64,000 nt of DNA from a virus: positions 1-64,000 of the IMG/VR virus record IMGVR_UViG_3300045256_000058, one strand, 5' to 3'. Of the stretch, positions 27,601 through 37,100 are shown piece by piece. Position 1 is the first letter of the stretch. Every line of letters begins with the position of its first letter. Below the pieces are notes generated by a model, which did no database searches, had not been told where the DNA came from, and saw only the letters and a list, made by a program, of their open reading frames with translations. Made by a program: the position numbers and the translations under genes.

Positions 27601-27965
27601 ATGAAACATATGGCTATACAATGTCTGTAAATAACAGTACAATTGTAGTCTCTAACTATGCAAATGTGGTGGAACTAATTACTAATGACCCCGCTGCTGT
27701 TCCTCAAAATGTAATTGCAGTAAGACAAAAAAATATGCCAGCATTACTATCCGATGTAATAGATAATACTGACATACAAATTTTAAGCTTTAGACTAAAT
27801 ACACCACTAACTATAAATAGAATTGGTGTTAGTAAGATTGATACAGGATTAAATGGTATATTTGCGGGTGTTTTATTCTTTAATAGAGTTTTAGCTACCT
27901 CAGAATTAGAAAGTATAGAAACATCTTTAAGTCGCTATCTATCTCTGTATTCTTACTCTTGGTAA
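24696..27965 (+). CDS. large virion protein with LamG and FG-GAP-like beta-propeller repeats
   Basis: WT.DGWF...NEWH...F.G..SNIR; FG.SV.LS.DG..L.VG repeats. Confidence 0.7.
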   Translation: MHRHYRDLYGIPIPNTYSHKLIDPSASENLFYESLYDSVPVSATNGSLDTTHYVINSSSVTFTNGYLDLGTIQLENNWTLDGWFYLTTDVTPIFSINGIFSIEYDQSNSEFVIKRTLYDSTSETRYLSCTLALNEWHFISFVRNFNILSLYVDLVSVVNIDNFYYPIADGQAYVGKVASNTFTGNLSNIRLLNQALYPVLNTEIVEGIKHPYFESNNSNKYEIIHLKDKEYCNGGLIYPFSNINNTFYDYLNSRWTISPSSINTSWFTGSNGLVLTLDPGIEIPIYYTLEFSFSLPVNVSSNVVLYAQWQSSVYRGYYFLYDNIDGKIKFVYYKPELNTIETVIVGNYVPNSTNYIALQRISSGFEIYLNGARTVTSSYALGKPLSHTHRFNTNVNNVVGNSNLYLYEFILSNLKKYEFGYFPYQDNFNYQKVIPATLSYPYHQIVDPFKNTFTTAIDFDLSGSSSISPGDTNVYTISQKGRYKYPITYNIYVLFEDLDELSGIDITKPNSVIVSAGNVGTTFTLELANYVTNPYKRSFTVVVVSKFARKNVYVEINDSRTLALTPITSISGYVDGYLTSQSTVSGTLPNLANTHNGTTSATRKSSNSYGYIYPLTDTADAITIPEITGIKTIVFLYRELVNTPSRSYIGHTDYYTLNGGTTYELVGARQLITNDFIQAINLEYRASRVEISGNDSTFIVFDDNLNKLYLYEKDLTGAWKSTPSEIVLDLNDTNLLQEAALSITNDGTIFALGMKNGNDGEGVVQIWRKTGDTWTKDLHLGSPVPAPYQGGFGHSVSLSEDGLTLFVGEIGSNAVYVFEKSTLWSAIPTETFLGDLRFGFSIDTNEDGTLLVVTSVDANSLDGETHIYRKTTGWAEEEVLNYGSICRLNEITEKLLISNYLQSEVRLYEKITGTWTLITTLTSATPNFGYSIGLSQSSNICIGSPDESKLYLYKESDTWTVPLQFSNENETYGYTMSVNNSTIVVSNYANVVELITNDPAAVPQNVIAVRQKNMPALLSDVIDNTDIQILSFRLNTPLTINRIGVSKIDTGLNGIFAGVLFFNRVLATSELESIETSLSRYLSLYSYSW

Positions 27966-28163
27966 TTATTTAGTGGCATCTCGTTTAGCTCTAGCATCTC
28001 TATCCTCAGCTTGTAGTTTTTCTGATTTAGCTTTAGCTTCTGCTACTTTTGTCTCTGCTTTCGATACAGCATTAGCTACCGTATTTGCAGCCTGTTTACC
28101 ACTCTGATTAGAGGTATCTAAGCCAGTTAATGATGTTAGTTTATACCTATCTTCTTGAGACAT
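27966..28163 (-). CDS. small A/K-rich hypothetical protein
   Basis: GAGGA RBS upstream; fills the gap. Confidence 0.55.
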   Translation of the reverse strand: MSQEDRYKLTSLTGLDTSNQSGKQAANTVANAVSKAETKVAEAKAKSEKLQAEDRDARAKRDATK

Positions 28164-28228
28164 TGCACTATCCTCTTAAATAAGTTAGACTATTAATATG
28201 TATTATACATAACACTAAAACACTTACT

Positions 28229-28453
28229 ATGGCATCTAAATATTCATATATGGCAAACTTTAGCCTTCTTCGTAACCTTGCAATTGCAGGAGGAGGAGGG
28301 GTAGCTTATGCTGGAGGCTATCTAGGAGCAAAATACCTTCGTGGTGACTTAAAAGACCCTGAAACCGCAGTAAGTGAGACAGTCGGTAATTTAAGCGGCG
28401 GACTTGCTGGCGGTGTAGGTGGTTATCTACTTACAAAAGCATTAAAGGCTTAA
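28229..28453 (+). CDS. glycine-zipper membrane peptide with YSYMANF leader
   Basis: MASKYSYMANF followed by two Gly-rich hydrophobic helices. Confidence 0.65.
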   Translation: MASKYSYMANFSLLRNLAIAGGGGVAYAGGYLGAKYLRGDLKDPETAVSETVGNLSGGLAGGVGGYLLTKALKA

Positions 28454-28456
28454 ATT

Positions 28457-28681
28457 ATGTCTAAAATTCAAGTATGTCCAATTTGCGGTATTCAAAAAAT
28501 TGATGGTACATTTAGATTTAGCTATAAACCTAGCAAACCTGTATCAGACGCAGAAGTATTTTCAAAGGTGTGTAGAAGAGTAGTAAAACCAGGCTGTATT
28601 AACTCTTCTACAGAATATTCATCAAATCTTGACTACCCGGAAGTAACAGATGCTCCGTCAATCTCTAGCCATACGTCTTAG
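28457..28681 (+). CDS. small Cys-rich (CxxC...C..C) protein
   Basis: CPICG, KVC, GCIN. Confidence 0.55.
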   Translation: MSKIQVCPICGIQKIDGTFRFSYKPSKPVSDAEVFSKVCRRVVKPGCINSSTEYSSNLDYPEVTDAPSISSHTS

Positions 28682-29113
28682 TACAGCGATATTATTATTT
28701 CTATTAGCCATATTCTGATATTCAGGAAGCACTTGTTTAGCGAATCTATCGTTATTTTCAAGTGCTTCTGCCATTTCTGATTGATGGTCTAACCACGCAT
28801 TTACATATTTAGGATTGCTAATGTTTCTACGATTTTTAGGTAATCCTCCTACTTCATCAGCAAAACCTCTTCTACTATCTTTAATACTAGAAATATTAGA
28901 CATGCGAGTATAATCTCTACCAACTTGACGTTGTTGAGACGGCTCTAAGCTTTCAATCCACTTTAATTTCTCTTCTGGATGAACATTAGGATTACGAAGA
29001 ATCATACCAGTAGGAGTTTCATTAATTCTAGCCATAATGTTATCAAACCCTTTAGTTTGAGTAGGCATTATAACTTTGGGCGGCTTAAATCCAAATTTAG
29101 CTAGTAATTTCAT
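28658..29113 (-). CDS. putative internal protein with AKF leader
   Basis: MKLLAKF; ATGA overlap with the upstream gene. Confidence 0.55.
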   Translation of the reverse strand: MKLLAKFGFKPPKVIMPTQTKGFDNIMARINETPTGMILRNPNVHPEEKLKWIESLEPSQQRQVGRDYTRMSNISSIKDSRRGFADEVGGLPKNRRNISNPKYVNAWLDHQSEMAEALENNDRFAKQVLPEYQNMANRNNNIAVLRRMARD

Positions 29114-29313
29114 TCTCGTACTGCCCTACTATAACTATTTTGAAGTTTATTTTGTTGTTGCTGTTGCTGAGGATTTTGATTTCTATTCATCATAATAGGT
29201 AGAATATCATCTCCTACCTGCATAATAGGCTTGAACAGTTTCATTGCTCCGCTAGTAGCTTGTTCCTCAGCTTCACTAGCAATAGAAAAATTTACCATGT
29301 ATTTGTATTTCAT
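29110..29313 (-). CDS. small poly-Q protein with YKYMVNF leader
   Basis: ATG at 29313 directly after the portal stop; MKYKYMVNF. Confidence 0.6.
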   Translation of the reverse strand: MKYKYMVNFSIASEAEEQATSGAMKLFKPIMQVGDDILPIMMNRNQNPQQQQQQNKLQNSYSRAVRE

Positions 29314-29314
29314 A

Positions 29315-30847
29315 TTATGCTCCTGGTGGATAATCCCCTCCTCCGCCACCTTGGTCTGGAGAGGGTGCATTAGGGTCGCCTCCCGGAGGTGCTGGGGGCA
29401 TTGGTGGTTGAGATGCCATCATTAATTGTTGCTGCATCTGAGCCATTTGCAGTTGATTCTGTACTTCTTTTTGAATAGCAGCAGTCATTCCATCATTTTC
29501 TTTCTCTGATTTTTCTTTTTCATTCAGAGCAGGTAGACCAAGATTCTTACGAATTAGTGAAATCACTTCTACGTCATTTTGGTCAAGAATACCCGAAGCA
29601 ATTAGCGATGCAATTGTAGTAAGACGAGAATTAATAATATCTTGGTCTTCTTCTACGTCAAAGATGAATTCTCCGTAGTTATTCTTGAACCAATCAGCAG
29701 GAAAATTAAAATGTAGAAGACGTTTAATTAACTTAGATGTTAACTCTTCTTTTAATAGAGTAGTGAGAGCAAAAATAGTGCTGTCAAAGATACTCTTAAA
29801 GTTCTGTGATAATCCTACGTTTTGAATACCTGACATACCACTATCAAAGATACCTACAGGTACTCCAAAAGCTTGTTGTATCGATTTGTCAATATATCCA
29901 AGTACGTACTCCCAGAATTGACTATCATTTTCTATCTGAATACGTTGAATATCAACATCTAAGTCAGTAACAATGTAATCTTTTTTGTAAAGGTCTTGCA
30001 TCTGATAGTTAAGAGCAATTTGCTTCGTAACTTCAATAGGTTTACCAGACGCATTTTTTAATGGTTCCATTTTGCTATCAACAAGAATAGTTCTACCATT
30101 ATTAGGTACTTTTACGTGAACTAATCCCATCGAGTTATTTTTAGTAGCAAGAGCAAGCTGAGTTAGAACAACTCTCTTTAATTTATAGTAATTAAGAGCC
30201 GCCATTCCATCTCCAACACCCCATACTTCTTTTTCGTTAAAAGTAACACCACTATTATTAATTACGTGAATACATTTCTTATATGGAATGTTAATAGTTT
30301 TTCCATCACCGTTATCGTACTGAATAGCGATAATTTTACCGTTTTTACCAATAAATTTGACTATTTTTTCAGGGTCAAGAACATTGAGGGTAGCTAACCT
30401 CCACTGCCCTTGATGTCCTCTTGCTTTAGAAGTAAATGTAAACTCAGCTATACCGAATCCATAAAGAATTACTGAACTAATTAACTTAAATAATGTTCTC
30501 TTGAAGGATTTATTTAGAGTCTGTAAATTTCCGTTTACAAATGATTCAATTTCTTTCTTAGGATGGGTATAGTTACCGAAAGACTGTACTGCTCTAAGTG
30601 CTTTTAGCGCTACACACTTTGCAGCTACAGGGTCACGTTCGACCATATCGGTAAGGTCTTTAATCGGAGGTCTTTTATCTTCTCCGGGATATGCTAACTC
30701 ACTAATTGTGATAGTAGAGAGAGCTGCAATATCCGTGCTGTATTGCCCCTGATGATATACGTTAAGAGGAGCTGGAATATCTTCGTAGATTAGGCTGTCT
30801 GCTAGGTCAGGTCTTACTTTTGGGTTTTTATACAAATATTTGTCCAT
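29315..30847 (-). CDS. portal protein (Mu gp29/DUF935-like)
   Basis: 510 aa; M.E.D..., YGF...E, I..AFGVP, LI..L...NF, IR..LGLP patterns. Confidence 0.8.
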   Translation of the reverse strand: MDKYLYKNPKVRPDLADSLIYEDIPAPLNVYHQGQYSTDIAALSTITISELAYPGEDKRPPIKDLTDMVERDPVAAKCVALKALRAVQSFGNYTHPKKEIESFVNGNLQTLNKSFKRTLFKLISSVILYGFGIAEFTFTSKARGHQGQWRLATLNVLDPEKIVKFIGKNGKIIAIQYDNGDGKTINIPYKKCIHVINNSGVTFNEKEVWGVGDGMAALNYYKLKRVVLTQLALATKNNSMGLVHVKVPNNGRTILVDSKMEPLKNASGKPIEVTKQIALNYQMQDLYKKDYIVTDLDVDIQRIQIENDSQFWEYVLGYIDKSIQQAFGVPVGIFDSGMSGIQNVGLSQNFKSIFDSTIFALTTLLKEELTSKLIKRLLHFNFPADWFKNNYGEFIFDVEEDQDIINSRLTTIASLIASGILDQNDVEVISLIRKNLGLPALNEKEKSEKENDGMTAAIQKEVQNQLQMAQMQQQLMMASQPPMPPAPPGGDPNAPSPDQGGGGGDYPPGA

Positions 30848-30917
30848 ACACGCATAACTAAAACTTATAATAGTTAGTGATACTAATATTAATATCTTAA
30901 CATTACACCCTAGAACT

Positions 30918-31742
30918 ATGGCAGAACCACGATTTCATACAGTTCCTTATTATACTTTTGCCTCACCTAGATACCGAGCAGTAAAGAATAAACAAATAGA
31001 ACTAATTCCAGAGGATTATAATCGCTATGACAGTATTAATGGAACATATGATAAATACTTCCCTCTATATGCTGTAGACGAAAATGAACCCCCAGTATTA
31101 GAGCTTGTAAATGAACAAGGACAAGCTACTAAAATGAAGGGATTAATGGAGTTCATTCCTTTTAGAGATAAATTTACTTACCGTGAAAAAGGTAAGAAAA
31201 ATGAGCGAGTAAATTTGGCTAACAGTAATTTAGAGTATAAGAAAACCTTTTATCAAGAACATCTTTCTATTAAACTCAATCCTGGCTGGAGTTTAATTCA
31301 ATCGAATGTAACTACTGTTGCTGGTAAAGCTAAATTTACTCCTAAATATATTATTCGAGCATTAGGTAATAACACCAGTACTCGGTACAATTTGGCAGTA
31401 AAACTACCTAAACTAAAGTCTACAGAAAGCGGTTATGCGGCAAATGAGTTTAATCCAGGTACTATTGTTGAATACAATGGTAATTTATGGAAGTGTCTAA
31501 AACCAACTAAACTTTATCCACCTTTAACTGTAGCTACTCGTAATGTTGGTGATGACCCAACTACTGAAGAATGGGACAATATTAATCTAGTTACAAATGT
31601 CTTTAATGCTGATGTATTTATAGTAGGAGGTCAGGGAATTGGTTATCTTGCAGAAATAAATGATGAAACCCGTCAATTTAACCCAAATAAAAAAGATGGT
31701 GACGACACTCTAGTAGCTTGGAATCTTTCTTACTATCATTAG
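30918..31742 (+). CDS. hypothetical protein with a small CBM5/12-like motif
   Basis: F.PG.IV.YNG.LWKC...W. Confidence 0.5.
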   Translation: MAEPRFHTVPYYTFASPRYRAVKNKQIELIPEDYNRYDSINGTYDKYFPLYAVDENEPPVLELVNEQGQATKMKGLMEFIPFRDKFTYREKGKKNERVNLANSNLEYKKTFYQEHLSIKLNPGWSLIQSNVTTVAGKAKFTPKYIIRALGNNTSTRYNLAVKLPKLKSTESGYAANEFNPGTIVEYNGNLWKCLKPTKLYPPLTVATRNVGDDPTTEEWDNINLVTNVFNADVFIVGGQGIGYLAEINDETRQFNPNKKDGDDTLVAWNLSYYH

Positions 31743-33769
31743 AAACTTGTGACTACACTAGCATCTCCATTTTCATCGTAAGCAGTAAATGTACCGTTAT
31801 TTGTGTTATTTAGAGTAACACTAAATTTATCTGCATCCCAAAAACCACTAGGGAATGTTTCTGGAGCTTCTTCTAGTGCCGCTTTTTGATAAGGATTAGG
31901 GTCACGTACTACAATACTCTCTTTATCATTACCTGCCACTGTAATCATACCGATATTAAGTGATGTAAGTCCTCCTCCACCCAATGCTCCAGCTAATTGA
32001 GAATAAGCAAATAATAATTCATTTTGTCTACCTTGAGCAGTACTATCCGCACCAGCTTCTCCTCCTACAAATGCTCCTTCTGCTGCTGCACCTGTCGCTG
32101 CAATTGAAGAGTCAAATTCTCGGTCAGCAGAGGTACTTCCAATACCTACTCTTGGAGGGTTCAGATGATAGTAGTAAACTCCATCATGCCCAGTAAGCGG
32201 AGGATTCAAATACTGGACAATAAAACTTAATCTACCCTCAGTAGTACCAAAAAACCCAGTCTCAGGAAATGGAGGTGCATCCCAAGTAGTAAGTACACGA
32301 TTTGCCCATTCAGGGTCTTGCTTAAGCTCCCCATAATCGAACATACTTCCTACTTCAGAACGTAACCCAGTAGATTTAGCTCGATGATACCTTTTTGTAT
32401 CTCCGTAGGCATATACAGCAAGTACTTGACCATATCCCCACCAATATTTATATGGTTCAAAATACGAGTATGCCCGTGAACCTCCTGTACTCTTTACTTC
32501 ATATCCGTGTGTAATTGAACCTTTTGCAACACCGAAATTTACTCGTATATAATGTCCCATTGAAGGGTCAGCACACATAATTGGTATAAATCCAGGTGCT
32601 TGATAGCTAACTTTATTTGCAGTTAAATCATAAGTATCTTCTTCATAAGTAGGACGAATAATATTTGTCTCAGAAGTATAGTTTGCAATAGAAAGTCTTG
32701 CTGAATCAGTATTGTAATCAGGACATTGATAGGTAGAACAAACAGTACGATTAGTATTACCGACATAGTTAGCAGTCCCAGTTACATATTCCTGTTTAGT
32801 TACTCTTTCAAGATTATATAAAGCATTTTTAATCTCAGGTCTTTCTACCAAATCAAGTTTATAGTCATGAGTACGAGTAACTCGAATTACTCTAGTGCCA
32901 ATATATTCAGGTTCTTGAAAATTAATCTCAGCGCTACGTTCTCTATGATTTTTTTCTAACTTACCTCTGCACCATGTAAAAGAATAGGTTGGAGTACACG
33001 AATATGCCACTAGAGACATAGAACGAGTTTCTCCATAGGCTCTAAAAGGCTGACCTACAGAAATATATCTACCATTATTAGGGGCAGGCGCATAAATAGG
33101 AATTCTATCAGTTGGTTCTATCGCTAAGGATGCCCAGCAACCCCCTCCTAAATATACAATGCTGGATATATCAAATTGATGTTCAAAACACGGTGGTAAG
33201 TCATTGGAGTCCAGTACATAAGATACTGGAGATGCTAGTGTTCCTAGTCTATTATCCAGAGTATAAAGTCTCCATTTTGTACGTACTGTTTTATCTGCAT
33301 TAGTAATTTCGTCTACTACGTGACATACATGAATACTCCAATCTTCTTTACCGTCACCATTAGCGGTAATAAAACAACGGATATTGCTAGAAGGACTGTA
33401 GAAAGTGTATACAGGTATGTCTGTACCGTATAAATCTTCATCTACAAATATTCCGTAATACTGAGCAAGTTTATCAGTAGTAGGTGCAGGACTAGGATAA
33501 GGTATAGGACTACCTTGACGTAATGCGGCACTTTCTAAATTTTTCTGGGAATCTGCTAGTTTTTTATTTACTTGTTCAAGAGTATATTTTGTTAGTCGTC
33601 TTACAGTAACTAACTTAAACTGATTCTTTTTAAGAGTAGTAGGTCTTCTAGCAGTAGAAATAGTTGTTTTCTTAATTAGGTCAGGATTTACTAACCTTTC
33701 TATGTCATCTCTACCTCGAATATATGACTTACCTGTGTTCTCAGTTCTAATCGTATTAGATTGACTCAT
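31739..33769 (-). CDS. hypothetical structural protein
   Basis: Long ORF in the tail region. Confidence 0.55.
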   Translation of the reverse strand: MSQSNTIRTENTGKSYIRGRDDIERLVNPDLIKKTTISTARRPTTLKKNQFKLVTVRRLTKYTLEQVNKKLADSQKNLESAALRQGSPIPYPSPAPTTDKLAQYYGIFVDEDLYGTDIPVYTFYSPSSNIRCFITANGDGKEDWSIHVCHVVDEITNADKTVRTKWRLYTLDNRLGTLASPVSYVLDSNDLPPCFEHQFDISSIVYLGGGCWASLAIEPTDRIPIYAPAPNNGRYISVGQPFRAYGETRSMSLVAYSCTPTYSFTWCRGKLEKNHRERSAEINFQEPEYIGTRVIRVTRTHDYKLDLVERPEIKNALYNLERVTKQEYVTGTANYVGNTNRTVCSTYQCPDYNTDSARLSIANYTSETNIIRPTYEEDTYDLTANKVSYQAPGFIPIMCADPSMGHYIRVNFGVAKGSITHGYEVKSTGGSRAYSYFEPYKYWWGYGQVLAVYAYGDTKRYHRAKSTGLRSEVGSMFDYGELKQDPEWANRVLTTWDAPPFPETGFFGTTEGRLSFIVQYLNPPLTGHDGVYYYHLNPPRVGIGSTSADREFDSSIAATGAAAEGAFVGGEAGADSTAQGRQNELLFAYSQLAGALGGGGLTSLNIGMITVAGNDKESIVVRDPNPYQKAALEEAPETFPSGFWDADKFSVTLNNTNNGTFTAYDENGDASVVTSF

Positions 33770-33816
33770 GAATATGACATAATTAATAATAGATACATAC
33801 CAATTTTAGTATAGAT

Positions 33817-34116
33817 ATGAAACAAATTATCACCAAACCTAAAGATGACGGAACTAAGGAAGGTTCTATCTATCTGAAAATGAATAAGGTAATTAGTACC
33901 TCCAATGAATTTCCTGTAAATAGTAAGGCAGCAGGGGGAGAGCAACCTAAAAAGAAAAAAGGATTGCTAAGAACAGTCGATGACGAAATTTCAGATAATC
34001 CTGCGATTCCTTATATGAGTTCGTATACTAAGCCAATACAAGTAAATAAACACTTGTTTACAAATGCAAAGAACGAAGTAGATAAATTTAAGAACACAAA
34101 AGGCTGGGAAAAGTAA
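33817..34116 (+). CDS. basic hypothetical protein
   Basis: Fills the gap exactly between two minus-strand genes. Confidence 0.5.
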   Translation: MKQIITKPKDDGTKEGSIYLKMNKVISTSNEFPVNSKAAGGEQPKKKKGLLRTVDDEISDNPAIPYMSSYTKPIQVNKHLFTNAKNEVDKFKNTKGWEK

Positions 34117-34117
34117 T

Positions 34118-37100
34118 TTAATCTTTCGAATACGGCAATAAGGGTGGTAAGAATTCAGTAATGTATCTTGCCACTCCTTTTGTTATGCGTAATCCAGTAA
34201 TATAACCATAAAAGTGACCAATACTGTATCCAATGTCAAAATCAGTACTAAATCCCACGTTTCTAACTTTATCCTCTAACTTACCATTTACATATAGATA
34301 AGTATATTTAACTGTGTTGACTATTGCAATATGTAGCCACTCATTTGTGTCTATGTCTTCTGCAATAGCAGGTAGAGTATAGTTGTCATTTTTGTATAGT
34401 CGAATCGTACTTTCTTCAAGGAAGTAATAAAGCTTAGGATAGCTGTTATTACTAAGTAATCCTGTTAATACTACTCCTTGACCCGGATGTAACGTAGTAT
34501 CTGAAGTATCTTCATCGTCACTGTAGACTTGAGACAATCCGTATTTTAAGTTACCTACTACCTTATAAGGAACAACAGTGAATCGGGTATCGTAATTATA
34601 AAGTTTAGAACTAAAATTAGAATCCAATGCTACATCAATTACATAGCCTATTTTATCCGTATTGTTATAATCCCAATCAAATGCAAATCCTTTTGGAGCA
34701 ATAATCTTAGCTTTATTAGCTTCTGGTAAAAATGCTAATTTCTCACTAAAAATATTAAACGAAGTAGTATCACCAACGTAGAGATTCTTATAGCCAGGTA
34801 CAAATGTATTAAAACTACTCTCCATTGCTACATCTAAAGTATACCCATTTGCTTCGTCTACTTCATCCCAATTAGCATCAAATGAGTTAGAAGTAACACT
34901 GGATGCTGGTAAAGCTGTTGGTCTAGCTAATCTAAACACTGTAGAGCTTTTACTATTCATATAAAACTCAATCGTATATTCTGAGTTGCTTTGAAGAGTA
35001 TCACTTAGATTAAAAGATAGCGAAGAATCTTTACCGTTAAAATAAATAGATTTAGCCAATCCAATTGGACTCGTATCATTTACGACACTTACATTAGTAG
35101 CTGTAATATCAAGATTATGAATCGATTCATCGACAATGTTTACATCTTCTGGTTGTAGTAATACAAGTACATTTGAGTAATTAGTATCAGGAATATAATC
35201 AGGTACTTCTGCTGCTCTAGTTAAAGATGTACCAGCCGTATTATATGTACCTGCTAAATCTTGAATAGTATGAGTAGGTAATTCTACTGTTACATCCCCA
35301 GTGCTTAAAGCAGTTACATAAAAGCTATATTTAGACTCATTAGGGTATTTAAGAAGATTACTTACCTTACAATTTGTGAGGGTTAATTTATCTAATGTAA
35401 ATAACTGTATTGGCTCACTAAATGTTAGTAGTACAGGAAAAGTATAAGAGTTATCATCCGGTTGACTTGTACTTAATGTTGCAGTAACACTGGTATTGTC
35501 TATAAATACGGCACTATTGTTAGTAGTTGCAGTAAATGTTTTATCAGGTATTCCTGGTTGGTCACTAATTGCGATACTGAAATTGCATTGACCATCACTA
35601 AAACTATCTGTAATATCAAGGGTTGCAATGTATTCGTTATATGGCTTTGCAACTACATCTGCTGTATGACCTGCAATCAATACCGTTGGTAGACCTACTA
35701 ATGGAATAATAGATGTGAACTTAAGTGTAATTTTATTACCTGCTGTTGCTACTGAAGAAATATTGTTATTTGAGTATATAGAGATATAGCTAAGTAATTG
35801 TGTCTCATCTGTAATATTCGGTACTTCTTCAAATGGTAATCCTGGCACATTTACTGAGTATGCAGTATATAATGCTTTTCCGAGAGTAAATCGAATGTTA
35901 GAAATGAAGAAATCTACATCATCTACCCGATTTGGATAATATCCAATAAATAAATCACCTTTAGTAATATCGATTGCAGTATTACTTTGAACAATACCCA
36001 CTCTAATACCATTTCGATAAAAACGATACACATTATCTTTTTTAGTAATTGCAAAATGCGGATATTTACGAAGCTGGCTATACGAGTCATTATCCCAAGC
36101 AATAAAATCTGTAGTATCCCGGTCATTCCATGTAATAGAAGGAAATAAATTGCTTATGTTTGTAGCACTACGTTGAAACTTAAGTTGTCCGTTATCAGCA
36201 AATAGAGCAAAACCAGTCTGAGCATTTTCTACTGATAGAATATGAGATTTTTTAGTTGTTGTATTTTGTGTAGAGTTAATTCGTAAAAAGAACTCTATTG
36301 TCCAATCTTGATTGATAGCAGTAGTATATGTGCTTGCTACCGCATTAAAATTGTCATATGTTAGCCCACTTTGTTCAAGTAGTGGACTTACAGCTAATGA
36401 AGATGTCTCACCTAATGGAGCAATTGCATTAGAAAATGAAGTGTTATTTGATATAACCTCAAATAATAATAATTTTGAAGGACTTAAATCATTCAGTGTC
36501 GTACTTATTGATAGCGGAGTCTGAAGTATTGGAAATGAGTCTGAGTAAATACGAACAAGAGGAGCCGATTTTGTTGAAAAAATACCAGTTGATGTACTTG
36601 CACAACCTTCCATTACTTGTACAATTACTGGGTCTTGTTTAATAGGTTCAATATCTAATTCATAAATATGATTGTCTTCATCAATAAATCGAAGCTGAGA
36701 TAACTTACCATTTACAATGCCAATCTTACTTGGGTCAAAATTGGCAATTGCGGCATCAAATCTAAGAGTAACCGTAAAGATGTCTGCGATATAAGGTGAA
36801 CTTCCAGAGCTTAAAAGCGGTACTGGTGCATTCTTATTAACTCTATATGCCTCGCCTTCAAAACTTAATTCTCCTATAGCATAAGAAATATAAGTATTTG
36901 TATCCGCATATCTAACTGTTTTTCTATCTACAAAATTTGCTTGTAACGTACCATTTCCAGTACCCGTACTTGCTTTAAGAGAATAAACATAATTATTTAT
37001 CTTTGTTAAAGATGTAAGACTTGCTCCTGATATACCATCTAATTGAGTGAGACTAAAATCTGCAAGAACTAGATTATCTATTGGTTGAGTCACATAAACA

